From the sequence record MH729379.1: a DNA stretch of 24,000 nt. One strand, written 5' to 3'. The notes under the pieces are model-generated. The model worked only from the letters and a program-made list of their open reading frames with translations, was not told where the DNA came from and made no database searches. Shown piece after piece: positions 8,323 to 17,324 of the stretch. The stretch comes from Aerococcus phage vB_AviM_AVP. Each line of letters starts with the position of its first letter. Position 1 is the first letter of the stretch. A program made the position numbers and the translations under genes.

Positions 8323-10485
8323 ATGGCTTTTTTAGATAAGATACACCCATTACTAAAGCGAACAAGAGAAAATAAATATAGTGATAGTAACTATGCAATA
8401 CTAAATGCTATTGACAAGCAACTAGAGGAAATGGAATTAGAAACCATTCAATCTAAATCACAAAGTGCTATTTACACAGCTACTGGTTGGTTCTTAGATA
8501 ACGCTTGGGGTAAATGGTTCGGTGTAAAACGTAAGACTGGTGAGAGCGATAGTGATTATAGAGACCGTATTATAGAGAAAGTAAATGTACCTAGAGGTAC
8601 AGTTGAAAGTGTTAAGTATGGTATCCGAGAGTTTCTAGAGAATGAATATATTGGTATTGAAATATACGAACCTTGGGAGGATATTTTCTACCTTAATAGA
8701 TTATCTAGTAGACTTAATGGTAAGCACCACTTAATTGGTGAGTACTACAATTATGGTGTTATGGATATTACTGTAGGGGAAACGTTTCCAAAAGATATGC
8801 TAGACGTGATTGATTTATTCAAACCCGCTGGTGTAACTGTACATGTGAATGTGGACCTAAACTTACCTAGTAATGACCCTAACGCAGGGAAAGATTTATT
8901 ACCTACACATAAGTTAAATGTATATGATAGCTATAAAGAATATGAACGTACCATAGGTATGTTTGAAGGTATTATGGGTAAGTTCTCTATCTTTGATAAG
9001 GTAGAGGTTGTTGATGGTGAAGACTTTATATTAAGAAATGGTTATATTAAAGGATATTTAGAGGGACATGAAGTGGGTCAGGGGTATGAGTTCTTTAAAC
9101 CTAGTGAAGCTAAAGCTAATACTATGCTTAATGCGGATAACGGTTTAGAATATAGTGATAGGGGCTCAGCTATTAGCGGGGCTATTCCAGTTAATCCTAA
9201 TACAGAATTATTTTCTAACTACCCCATAGAGGTTATTTCTATCTATGATAAGAAAGGTAATTTCTTATCATCAATAATAGATACCGGAAACTCAACCCCT
9301 AATAAAGATAATACTTATAAGGTAGATATTAGTGAATTTTGGGATAGAAATTCTAACATTATTGACCAATTGAGTAAAGGAGGTAGAAACCTACTTGAGG
9401 GCTCCGAAAGAATAAAACTAGGTCCTGAGGATAAAGTAACGTTTACCTACCTATTAAGACCTAATATAATCAGTATAGCCAATAAGGTTAAAGTTGGGGA
9501 TACATTAACCTTCTCTTTTGATTTATGGTCTGAGAAAGATACCCCTATAATAATTTACGACTCTAACGGTAACCCAAATATGGAGTTTGGTAGAGAGGAC
9601 ATTGAAGCTACAAGTACTAAAAAAAGGTTCTCATTTACTAGAAAATTAAAATCTTCTAATAGTAATAACTTTAATAATTGGTATATGGACTTTTACAATT
9701 TAAATAATGGTATTAAGTTTTGGGTTGAGAATATTAAGATTGAGAAAGGGGAAACAGCTACACCTTGGACTCCTGCGCCTGAGGACTATGACGTTAATAT
9801 TAAAGTTGGCTATAAGAACGCACCAACTAACTTAGCAGATATTTCCATTAAAGAACCTGACTACTCCCTATTCAATAACAGAACGGACCTTATACGTGGA
9901 AACACAGAAACTTTAAATGGTTTTGAACATGTAGTGGGTGTTGGTACAGACTTTAATCCTAGTTCTAACTTTAGATTACAGGACCTAGATGAGCATACTG
10001 ATATTGTAGAACCAACTGACCTATCTTTATCTAACAATAACTTAGGTTATATCTATACAGTATTCGACCTTAGTCATTTCTACAATAAGCATAAGGATAA
10101 GATTATTAAAAATGATAGATACTCATACATAGATTACCTAGCTAATAATAACTTTACCCTCTCATTAAATGGAGAAAATGGTAGAACATTTGAAGTAGAA
10201 TATTATAACTTCCTTACTAAAGAATGGGAATTGTTAGAGAGAAACTTATTTAAAGAAAATACAATTATTGTTTCTAAGAAAATTGATATGCACAAAGCTC
10301 TTAATGATAACTTAATCACTATCCTAAGAGTTAAAACATTTAATAAACAAGTAACCATTAAGGATATGTATTTAGAGTATAGATACAGTAAAGATTTACC
10401 AACTAGTGTTACAGGTTCTAATACGGGACACTCTCTTACTTTAAGTAATGAAAAACTATACAATGAAGTGTTACCTTATGGTTAA
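8323..10485 (+). CDS. Tail/baseplate protein, 720 aa (TmpF-like position)
   Basis: N-terminus resembles gpI/tail-formation proteins (YTATGWFLDNAWGKWFGVKRKTGESDSDYRDRI); beta-rich carbohydrate-binding-like middle section. Confidence 0.65.
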   Translation: MAFLDKIHPLLKRTRENKYSDSNYAILNAIDKQLEEMELETIQSKSQSAIYTATGWFLDNAWGKWFGVKRKTGESDSDYRDRIIEKVNVPRGTVESVKYGIREFLENEYIGIEIYEPWEDIFYLNRLSSRLNGKHHLIGEYYNYGVMDITVGETFPKDMLDVIDLFKPAGVTVHVNVDLNLPSNDPNAGKDLLPTHKLNVYDSYKEYERTIGMFEGIMGKFSIFDKVEVVDGEDFILRNGYIKGYLEGHEVGQGYEFFKPSEAKANTMLNADNGLEYSDRGSAISGAIPVNPNTELFSNYPIEVISIYDKKGNFLSSIIDTGNSTPNKDNTYKVDISEFWDRNSNIIDQLSKGGRNLLEGSERIKLGPEDKVTFTYLLRPNIISIANKVKVGDTLTFSFDLWSEKDTPIIIYDSNGNPNMEFGREDIEATSTKKRFSFTRKLKSSNSNNFNNWYMDFYNLNNGIKFWVENIKIEKGETATPWTPAPEDYDVNIKVGYKNAPTNLADISIKEPDYSLFNNRTDLIRGNTETLNGFEHVVGVGTDFNPSSNFRLQDLDEHTDIVEPTDLSLSNNNLGYIYTVFDLSHFYNKHKDKIIKNDRYSYIDYLANNNFTLSLNGENGRTFEVEYYNFLTKEWELLERNLFKENTIIVSKKIDMHKALNDNLITILRVKTFNKQVTIKDMYLEYRYSKDLPTSVTGSNTGHSLTLSNEKLYNEVLPYG

Positions 10486-10526
10486 TTATGCTGATATATT
10501 AAGTTAGAATAAAGGAGGTTTGAATA

Positions 10527-11048
10527 TTGGCAATTACAACAACGTTATCGCAAGTAAAGCTAGCTAAAGATTTAAAAGCTAAAGCAAATCCTTACTTTGT
10601 GATTGGGAGAAGTACAGCTTGGACAAACGAGAAACTTCCTCCAATACCAAACAAGAGTACAACAAGTTTAGAAGAAGTTATTGGTTATAAGAAAGTAGAA
10701 TCTGTTTTCTTATGTAGACCAATTAAACCAAATGAAACAACAAATTACCAAAGATTCTATTACAACAATAAAGAGTGGGTAAAGGTACCTGATGCTAATG
10801 CTGAGGCAGAAGGCGCTACCTATGTAGGATATGAAGCAAAATTAAACCCTACAGACTTTCCATTAGGTATGTATAGACAAGTAGGTATCCATATTGGTTT
10901 AACGCCTAAAAGTGGTATTACAAAAACTAACCTATTACCTAGTGAAGTAAATAGCAAAGGATACTTACACGCTTATGAAAATACAAAACCTATTAATCGT
11001 ATTGAGAATGTAACAATCACAGAACGATTTATTATCTCAGTAGAATAG
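10527..11048 (+). CDS. Baseplate/tail-associated protein (TTG start)
   Basis: AAAGGAGG RBS and TTG start; 173 aa between the baseplate and fibre genes. Confidence 0.65.
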   Translation: MAITTTLSQVKLAKDLKAKANPYFVIGRSTAWTNEKLPPIPNKSTTSLEEVIGYKKVESVFLCRPIKPNETTNYQRFYYNNKEWVKVPDANAEAEGATYVGYEAKLNPTDFPLGMYRQVGIHIGLTPKSGITKTNLLPSEVNSKGYLHAYENTKPINRIENVTITERFIISVE

Positions 11049-11069
11049 GTAAAGAGAGGAATGAAATAA

Positions 11070-14000
11070 TTGGCAGATTACAATTTAGATAATTACAGTA
11101 ACTATGACCCTAGTAAAGGGTACACAAAAAATATTTATAACCCTGATAAACCATTATTCGCTAAGGCTTTAAATGAGTCTTTCGATATGGTAGACGATAG
11201 TATTGCCAATATGGGTAACACCCTTATGCGAGATGGAGATATTATTGAGGGTATGGCTTTTACAGTTAAAGACTCTGCAAGTTCTCCTACAGGTCAAACT
11301 GTTACAATTGAAAAAGGTAAAGTTTATTTAAACGGTAAGGTACGTACCTTTGAACCTAAGACAATTAACTTTAACCGTAGAGGTGATTTTACAGTTTATG
11401 TAAAACTTGAAAGAGAGATTGTAACACCTAGAGAGGACCCATTACTATTAGATGATACGACATATGCGAACTCTTACTTATCTGAGTCTCATAATGCGTT
11501 AAAAGAAACAGTTACAGTCACTAGCAATGGTGAGAACGCTGTAGAAATTTATACTTTTAAAGATGGCGTTATTCTTACAAGTAATTCTAATCCTGAGTTG
11601 TCTAAACTAAATGATATTTTAGCTCAACGTACATATGAGGAATCGGGTTCATACCGTGTAGAAGGTTTAGACCTTTATACAGAGGCACACCCGTCAAACC
11701 AAAACAAATTACAATTAGTAGTGGATAAAGGTATTGCTTATGTACAAGGGTACCGTAATGAATTAATGTCTAGCAGACGTATTGAATTAGATAAAGCTTT
11801 AGACTCTCGTACAGTACAAAATGAGCCTTTCTATTACAACTCTACAACTCGTAAGGGTAGAGTAGGTAACAATCCAGTAGCTAATATCCAAAGAGTTAGT
11901 GGTCAAGTACAAGTTACTAGAGAGGTTAAATCTCGTGGAGTAACTCAAGACTCAGGAGATACCTTAGCTAATGGTTCAGTATCAGAAATCACTAAAGTAT
12001 ATACAGATAGTAAAACTTATATACAGGGTACAGATTATGTACTTGTAAATGGTAATACAGTTTCTTGGTCTCCTAAAGGTTCAGAGCCAGCTAGTGGTTC
12101 AAGTTACTATGTAGACTACCGTTATAACAAGACAATGGTAAAAGATAGAGATTATAAGGTTGTTATTGAAGGTAGTGGAGATTCAAGAACATGGTGGATT
12201 GACTTTAGTGGCATGACAGGTTCTAAACCAGTTGTAAACACTCAAGTATTAATTGACTATACTTACTACCTAGCTCGTAAAGACGTAATTGTAATGGATA
12301 AAGATGGTAATATTACTATTAAAAAAGGGGAACCTGATTCTATTAACAATGTAGTAGAACCTATTCATGCTGACCCATTTACTTTACCATTAGGTACAGT
12401 ATTAGTACTACCTAACTCTACTTCAAGTATCTGTGTTAAATCAGCTTTAAATAGACTATCTATGGCTGACTTACAGAAAATGAAGTCTCGTATTGATACA
12501 ATTGAGTATAACCAGGCTCTTACTGCTTTAGATGATGAGATTTTCTCATCAGAAAATAGAGAACAGTTACGTGGGGTATTCTCAGATGGATTTATTTCTA
12601 CAAATAAATATGACTCTACTCACCCTGATGCTAAGATTGGTTTCTCTTTTGAAGATGCTGAGATTACTTTACCTATCTCTAAAGAGACAGTTAAGAAACC
12701 TAATGTTTCTAGTACTAACCCATTTGCTCATTCTTGGGGACGATTGATTACAGCACCTTTTACAGAAGTTAAAGCAATTTCACAACCTTTAGTTTCTGAC
12801 TCATTAAACGTTAACCCTTACAATTCTTATAACAAGATGGGTGTACTTAAGTTAGACCCTAGTGAAGACTCTTGGATTAATACTGATAGAGTAACAGTTA
12901 CTGATGATGTAGACCCAGCAACTATTAATGTAAGAAGATGGTGGGGTTCTCACCGTAACGAATCTTGGGTAGATGACCAAATTGATGCTGTATCTAATAT
13001 TAAATTAGATGGTAGTTCTACTTGGGGTGGAGATAGTTCTCTTGACTCTAAGGTAAATGGTTCTTATAATCGTGCTAACGCTATGAGTGGTACTCGTATG
13101 GCTAGTGGTGGTCAACGTACTTTAGACTCAGCTATTATGGAAATGCGACAAATCCGTGTTAGCTTTGAAGCTGAGAACTTACGTCCTAATGAAGATAACT
13201 TAACATTATCTTTTGATGGGGTTATGGCACCTATTGCTCCTGATAGGGGTTTCGTTGCAGGTACTAAAACAGGTTCTATCCGCTCAAACTCTGAGGGTTT
13301 AGCAAAAGGTTCATTCATTATTCCTGCTGGTATCCGTACTGGTACTCGAGAAGTATTACTAGAGAACGCAAACAATACAGCGGTAACTAGCTTTACGTCA
13401 ATTGGTACACAAAGACGTGTTGAGGATGTTATTCTAAGACAACGTGTATCTATTACTCTAGTTGACCCACTTGCGCAAAGTTTCTCATTTACAACAGATA
13501 AAGTATTATCTAGTGTTGGACTATACTTTGCCTCTAAGTCATCTGTAGATAACGTGATTATTCAAATCCGTGGTATCTCTGAGGGTGGTATGCCTAACAA
13601 GACTATCTATGGTGAAACAGTATTAACACCTAGTCAAGTTAAAATTAGTGCCAATGGTACTGCTGAAACTAAAGTTAGCTTTGAGGACCCATTAGTAATG
13701 ACTGCTGGTAAAGAATATGCTGTAGTTGCTATTACAGACTCTGACCAATACACTATGTGGATTGCTACTCGTGGTGAAGAAGACTTAAATGGTAAAGGAA
13801 CTGTTACAAGTAACCCTTATATCCAAGGTGTACTTTACTCAAGTTCAAACGCTAGTGCATGGACAGTTCATCAAGACTCAGACTTAACATTTAATATCTA
13901 TACTGCTGACTTTAACGAATCAGCTGAGATTCAATTCGATACTGTAACAGACGTAAGTGCAGAAAGTTTAGTATTGATGAGTACGTATCTAACACCACAA

Positions 14001-14549
14001 AATACTGGTGCATTGTTTGAGGCTAAAGTAGTATTCGATTCAGAACCACAGAACACTACTGTAGATAGTAAAGCTTGGACCCCTATTGCTGAATATGAGG
14101 AAGTTGAATTTAATGAAAAGGCTAGAGCTGTTAAGTTAAGAGCAATCTTCCAAGCAAACCAAAACATGTCACCAATTTTAAGTTTAGATTCTACGTTGTT
14201 AACTAGTTTCCTAAGTGCCTTGAATGGTTCATACATTGGACGTACAATGGATATGACTGGTGTACCTTACAATCGAGCTAGAATTAGCTTTGAGACATTT
14301 GAACCTGCTGGTACTAACGTTAAGTTTAGATACAAGTTCGGTAAAGAAGACGGTTGGAGAGACCTTAAATCTACACCTAAGGTTACTCAAGTATCAAATG
14401 AGTTGACTCGTTATGAGTTTGATGAGTTAGTAGCTGAGAGCGGTACAACTGAGGATACATTTAAAGTACGACTTGATTTATCAAGTAACTCAAACGTATT
14501 TATCAGACCTAGAGCTAAACGACTAATGGTAGCATTAAGAAACGAATAG
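11070..14549 (+). CDS. Large DUF4815-like tail fibre/baseplate protein, 1159 aa (TTG start)
   Basis: NYDPSKGYTKNIYNPDKPLFAKALNESFDMVDDSI...GMAFTV..VTIEKGKVYLNGKVRTF typical of the DUF4815 N-terminus in SPO1-like phages. Confidence 0.78.
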   Translation: MADYNLDNYSNYDPSKGYTKNIYNPDKPLFAKALNESFDMVDDSIANMGNTLMRDGDIIEGMAFTVKDSASSPTGQTVTIEKGKVYLNGKVRTFEPKTINFNRRGDFTVYVKLEREIVTPREDPLLLDDTTYANSYLSESHNALKETVTVTSNGENAVEIYTFKDGVILTSNSNPELSKLNDILAQRTYEESGSYRVEGLDLYTEAHPSNQNKLQLVVDKGIAYVQGYRNELMSSRRIELDKALDSRTVQNEPFYYNSTTRKGRVGNNPVANIQRVSGQVQVTREVKSRGVTQDSGDTLANGSVSEITKVYTDSKTYIQGTDYVLVNGNTVSWSPKGSEPASGSSYYVDYRYNKTMVKDRDYKVVIEGSGDSRTWWIDFSGMTGSKPVVNTQVLIDYTYYLARKDVIVMDKDGNITIKKGEPDSINNVVEPIHADPFTLPLGTVLVLPNSTSSICVKSALNRLSMADLQKMKSRIDTIEYNQALTALDDEIFSSENREQLRGVFSDGFISTNKYDSTHPDAKIGFSFEDAEITLPISKETVKKPNVSSTNPFAHSWGRLITAPFTEVKAISQPLVSDSLNVNPYNSYNKMGVLKLDPSEDSWINTDRVTVTDDVDPATINVRRWWGSHRNESWVDDQIDAVSNIKLDGSSTWGGDSSLDSKVNGSYNRANAMSGTRMASGGQRTLDSAIMEMRQIRVSFEAENLRPNEDNLTLSFDGVMAPIAPDRGFVAGTKTGSIRSNSEGLAKGSFIIPAGIRTGTREVLLENANNTAVTSFTSIGTQRRVEDVILRQRVSITLVDPLAQSFSFTTDKVLSSVGLYFASKSSVDNVIIQIRGISEGGMPNKTIYGETVLTPSQVKISANGTAETKVSFEDPLVMTAGKEYAVVAITDSDQYTMWIATRGEEDLNGKGTVTSNPYIQGVLYSSSNASAWTVHQDSDLTFNIYTADFNESAEIQFDTVTDVSAESLVLMSTYLTPQNTGALFEAKVVFDSEPQNTTVDSKAWTPIAEYEEVEFNEKARAVKLRAIFQANQNMSPILSLDSTLLTSFLSALNGSYIGRTMDMTGVPYNRARISFETFEPAGTNVKFRYKFGKEDGWRDLKSTPKVTQVSNELTRYEFDELVAESGTTEDTFKVRLDLSSNSNVFIRPRAKRLMVALRNE

Positions 14550-14557
14550 TTTTATAA

Positions 14558-14586
14558 AGGGGGCTACAATAGTAGTCCCTATTTTA
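14558..14586 (+). terminator. Rho-independent terminator at the end of the structural module
   Basis: GGGGGCTAC aata GTAGTCCC TATTTTATT. Confidence 0.75.
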
Positions 14587-14707
14587 TTAGAGATTTACAG
14601 GTCGTACAGAGCGTTTAAAGTTAGGATAAGGTATTTATACCTAAACACATTTAAAACGTCATACACAAAGGATTTATACTATAAAAAGAAAGGATAGGTA
14701 GATTTAT

Positions 14708-14956
14708 ATGGGAAACGGTATTACAACTTCTTATATTGGTACTGAGAGCTATGGTGGTATTAGAGACAACCGTTCAGGGGCTTTAACATTTCCACCTAGT
14801 CATAGCCAAACTAAGCTAGACAACCAGTTGAGAGAAACTAAAGCTTTACAAGAGGACTATGAAAATAAGATTGCTGAGTTAGATAGTAAGATTAATGAAT
14901 TAGATAAAAGTATCGCTGAGGTTAATAAGTTAAAAGAGTTGTTAATGGATAAATAA
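14708..14956 (+). CDS. Small coiled-coil protein, 82 aa
   Basis: Heptad-like LDNQLRETKALQEDYENKIAELDSKINELDKSIAEVNKLKELL. Confidence 0.7.
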   Translation: MGNGITTSYIGTESYGGIRDNRSGALTFPPSHSQTKLDNQLRETKALQEDYENKIAELDSKINELDKSIAEVNKLKELLMDK

Positions 14957-14989
14957 CATGATATAATTTGTAGTATAGGAGGAGATACT

Positions 14990-15154
14990 ATGGATATTGA
15001 TATGGATAAACTTAAGGAGACAGCAGACAAACTAGGTTTAGAAATCTCTATTGGAGATAAACCAGGTTTCTATACACAAGATGGTTATACATCTTTCGAG
15101 GAACTTATGTTCAAAGAGGAAGATAATTCAGAGTGTGAAAACATTGATATATAG
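14990..15154 (+). CDS. Hypothetical acidic protein, 54 aa (not in ORF track)
   Basis: AGGAGG at about 14978-14983; MDIDMDKLKETADKLGLEISIGDKPGFYTQDGYTSFEELMFKEEDNSECENIDI* ending TAG. Confidence 0.65.
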   Translation: MDIDMDKLKETADKLGLEISIGDKPGFYTQDGYTSFEELMFKEEDNSECENIDI

Positions 15155-15210
15155 CTATTTATGGAGTGGTGCCCGACACAAATGACGGTTGCCATTCTTT
15201 TATTTTTATA

Positions 15211-15242
15211 CAAAAAAAACAGCCTAGGATTTACCTAGACTG
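15211..15242 (-). terminator. Rho-independent terminator of the minus-strand tRNA/ncRNA operon
   Basis: Minus strand CAGTCTAGG taaat CCTAGGCTG TTTTTTTT. Confidence 0.85.
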
Positions 15243-15251
15243 AAAAGGGGA

Positions 15252-15324
15252 TAATAATAAAAGGAATCGAACCTTAACACTAACAAGACTAATGGATAAG
15301 TTAGTTAGTGGGACCACCATTATT
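15252..15324 (-). other. tRNA-like element, non-canonical (no recognisable D arm; anticodon unresolved)
   Basis: Acceptor-like AATAATG/TATTATT and T-loop GG-TTCGATT-CC on the minus strand. The middle folds as CACTAAC/GTTAGTG instead of a cloverleaf. Confidence 0.5.
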
Positions 15325-15374
15325 ACATAGTGCCAAATATATTGAATTTTAAATAATTATTAACCTTTAAAATC

Positions 15375-15950
15375 TAAATAATAAAACCGTATAGGTCCTT
15401 CAACCTACGCCAAATGTACCAACGTTATTATGTTAATAGCTCAGTAAGTCTGAACCATAAGGAGCTACCTTATGATTTCTTACTGCAAGTTCGTCGCTAT
15501 GGCTACCATGATAGGTACCAACTTTTCAGCTAAACATTCAGATTCAAATAATTAAAAGTATTTTTACTTTTTAAGATATTCGCATACCAAAACTGCCTTA
15601 ACCTACTTCGTACTGACTTCTTGTTTTATAGGCTATTTCTAACCATCACAGCAACCCCTCTTATTGACCTTCCTAAGATAATAAGTTGTCACACTTAACA
15701 GAGCTTAGGATTATTTCCCACAGGGACGTATATTGTGTGGGGAACAAGTTCGTCATACATTACGCAAATACATTCTTTGCAACATGCTTATGCTTATAGG
15801 CGGTTACCTACAGTTCAGCTACCTCACAGTAACCTACTTAAGCAATTATTATAAGGTATCCCTCACAATAATTACTAAGACTTATTTACCACATGTTCCT
15901 AGCAGAGTGTTCACCTCTTCTGCACTAGGTTTATACGGATTTATTATTTA
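15375..15950 (-). ncRNA. Large structured non-coding RNA, 576 nt, candidate ROOL/GOLLD-class ornate RNA
   Basis: Ends pair over 18 of 19 positions (minus 5' TAAATAATAAATCCGTATA with 3' TATACGGTTTTATTATTTA). Many internal hairpins: CAGTAAG/CTTACTG enclosing CATAAGG/CCTTATG, TCCTAAG/CTTAGGA, CCCACA/TGTGGG, GGTTAC/GTAACC, GCAGA/TCTGC. Lies in a phage tRNA array; no credible ORF. Confidence 0.65.
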
Positions 15951-16067
15951 AATTTCAAAGGTCTTTAATATTATAAACTACCATAAACCGAAACAGTAGT
16001 TAAGTGTAAAGGGGTTAGTTTTTCTCATAGCTTTAGTGCACCTATTACCTATGACGGAAAATTATAA

Positions 16068-16154
16068 ACACACATATAGGACTCGAACCTAGACCACACC
16101 CGTGCTTGAGAGGAATTGAACCCCCAATCACTAGACCACCTCTAGCTATGTGCG
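16068..16154 (-). tRNA. Class II-length tRNA-like gene, anticodon ambiguous (CAA and TCA both possible on paper)
   Basis: Acceptor CGCACAT/ATGTGTG (7 pairs with one G-U), T-arm TAGG-TTCGAGT-CCTA, D-arm CTAG AGGTGGT CTAG, then GATTGGGGGTTCAATTCCTCTC. No unambiguous 7-nt anticodon loop. Confidence 0.5.
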
Positions 16155-16485
16155 TATGCACTGTACACATGCAATTTTTGATAAAAGCCATGCGAGCATG
16201 ACCCTTACCTACAAACTCAACGCTACTAAGCAGACTGAGCCAGCAAATGAGCTGTTTCCTTTTTATTTAATTAGCAACCCTACTCCATTATGGAACACAC
16301 CGTTTATCTCTGCCGAGCGGATATGATTGCTAAAGTTGCTAAAGAGCTTTATATGCTCACTAGCCAGTGACATCCAATAACTAAATATAACGCCCCTAGG
16401 TGGCATTAATATCCTACTATCCTATGGGTTAGGTCTAGTGTTATCGTTCCCAAAATGACACCGACTAGTCAACATATAAAATAAA

Positions 16486-16568
16486 TGCGCCCCCTAGGAT
16501 TCGAACCTAGAACGTTTCTCTGTCACGGGTTTACAGCCCGCTTGCTTCACCAATTTGCATAGAGACGC
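16486..16568 (-). tRNA. tRNA-Tyr(GTA)
   Basis: Acceptor GCGTCTC/GGGGCGC, anticodon arm GCGGG CTGTAAA CCCGT, long variable arm, T-arm CTAGG TTCGAAT CCTAG. Confidence 0.93.
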
Positions 16569-16581
16569 TTAATATATTTAA

Positions 16582-16655
16582 CTCCGCAAGTAGGACTCGA
16601 ACCTACGACTTCTTGATTAACAGTCAAGCGCTACTACCAACTGAGCTATTACGGA
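16582..16655 (-). tRNA. tRNA-Asn(GTT)
   Basis: Acceptor TCCGTAA/TTGCGGA, anticodon arm CTTGA CTGTTAA TCAAG, T-arm GTAGG TTCGAGT CCTAC. Confidence 0.95.
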
Positions 16656-16664
16656 ATATTATTC

Positions 16665-16745
16665 AAAGATACCAACCACAAGTAGACCGCTACCGTTAAA
16701 ATTATCTACTTTGCAAACATGCTATTTTAAGTGATTGGTATCTTT
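16665..16745 (-). ncRNA. 81-nt structured element between tRNA-Ser and tRNA-Asn, not a cloverleaf
   Basis: Outer stem AAAGATACCAA/TTGGTATCTTT (11 bp) enclosing hairpin AAGTAGA/TCTACTT. Confidence 0.5.
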
Positions 16746-16750
16746 CAATA

Positions 16751-16838
16751 AGGAGAGTAGGGGATTTGAACCCCTGCGAGCTGTTATACTCCTATCAAGG
16801 TAGCAACCTGACCCCTTCAGCCACTTGGGTAACTCTCC
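16751..16838 (-). tRNA. tRNA-Ser(GCT)
   Basis: Acceptor GGAGAGT/ACTCTCC, anticodon arm TCAGG TTGCTAC CTTGA, class II variable arm, T-arm AGGGG TTCAAAT CCCCT. Confidence 0.93.
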
Positions 16839-16842
16839 AAAA

Positions 16843-16915
16843 TGCTAGATACAGGACTTGAACCTACAACCTACTGATTACAAATCAGTTGCTCTACCAA
16901 TTGAGCTAATCTAGC
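16843..16915 (-). tRNA. tRNA-Thr(TGT)
   Basis: Acceptor GCTAGAT/ATCTAGC, anticodon arm ACTGA TTTGTAA TCAGT, T-arm GTAGG TTCAAGT CCTGT-type. Confidence 0.93.
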
Positions 16916-17000
16916 TTAATATCAGATAAACCGAAACTCTGATAAGAAGTGGATTCCTATTACCACTCTTTTTTATCTACACCATTTCCTAGGATAATGT

Positions 17001-17077
17001 AGAACGGTCATATATACTTTGGTTAGGATTTGCACCTAACATGTTGAGTTTTTAACCGTTACCAAGTCAATCGTTCT
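17001..17077 (-). other. tRNA-like/hairpin element with T-arm-like TTAGG TGCAAAT CCTAA, no cloverleaf
   Basis: Nested pairings AGAACG/CGTTCT and ACTTGG/CCaAAGT around the T-arm-like hairpin. Confidence 0.35.
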
Positions 17078-17184
17078 TATCATTCAATAGGCTATCTCAA
17101 CTACGGTATATTGTTTACCTTTTCCAACACAAAGTTTTTAATTAATTAAGTAATAGAATGTCATTGATTTTAAATTCATAAACT

Positions 17185-17244
17185 ATAAGTAAGGGTTGGT
17201 ATCTGAGTAAGATACTTCTCTTTTGTATCTGCCCTTACTTATAG
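17185..17244 (-). ncRNA. 60-nt strong hairpin element downstream of the minus-strand membrane-protein gene
   Basis: Perfect 13-bp stem CTATAAGTAAGGG/CCCTTACTTATAG enclosing GTATCT gagta AGATAC. Confidence 0.5.
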
Positions 17245-17324
17245 TCATATCATTACTACTTACGTAACTATAATATATCACAACTTTGTATAGTTTGTCA
17301 AATACTATTTACTTTTTAGTGAAA

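Noticed and set aside
15375-15950. RNase P RNA, tmRNA or group I/II intron as explanations of the structured region
   Set aside because: I looked for the GAGGAAAGTCC-type RNase P core, a tmRNA tag reading frame with a tRNA-Ala-like end, and group I P/Q/R/S or group II domain V motifs. None were evident by eye.
15733-15951. 72-aa plus-strand ORF (MCGEQVRHTLRKY...)
   Set aside because: It lies antisense within the highly structured 576-nt RNA, has no RBS and is low-complexity hydrophobic; more likely chance.
17001-17077. A normal tRNA around the T-arm-like sequence TTAGG TGCAAAT CCTAA
   Set aside because: Only about 22 nt separate the possible acceptor 5' strand from the T-arm, and no D or anticodon arms fit. 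Kept only as a tRNA-like hairpin.
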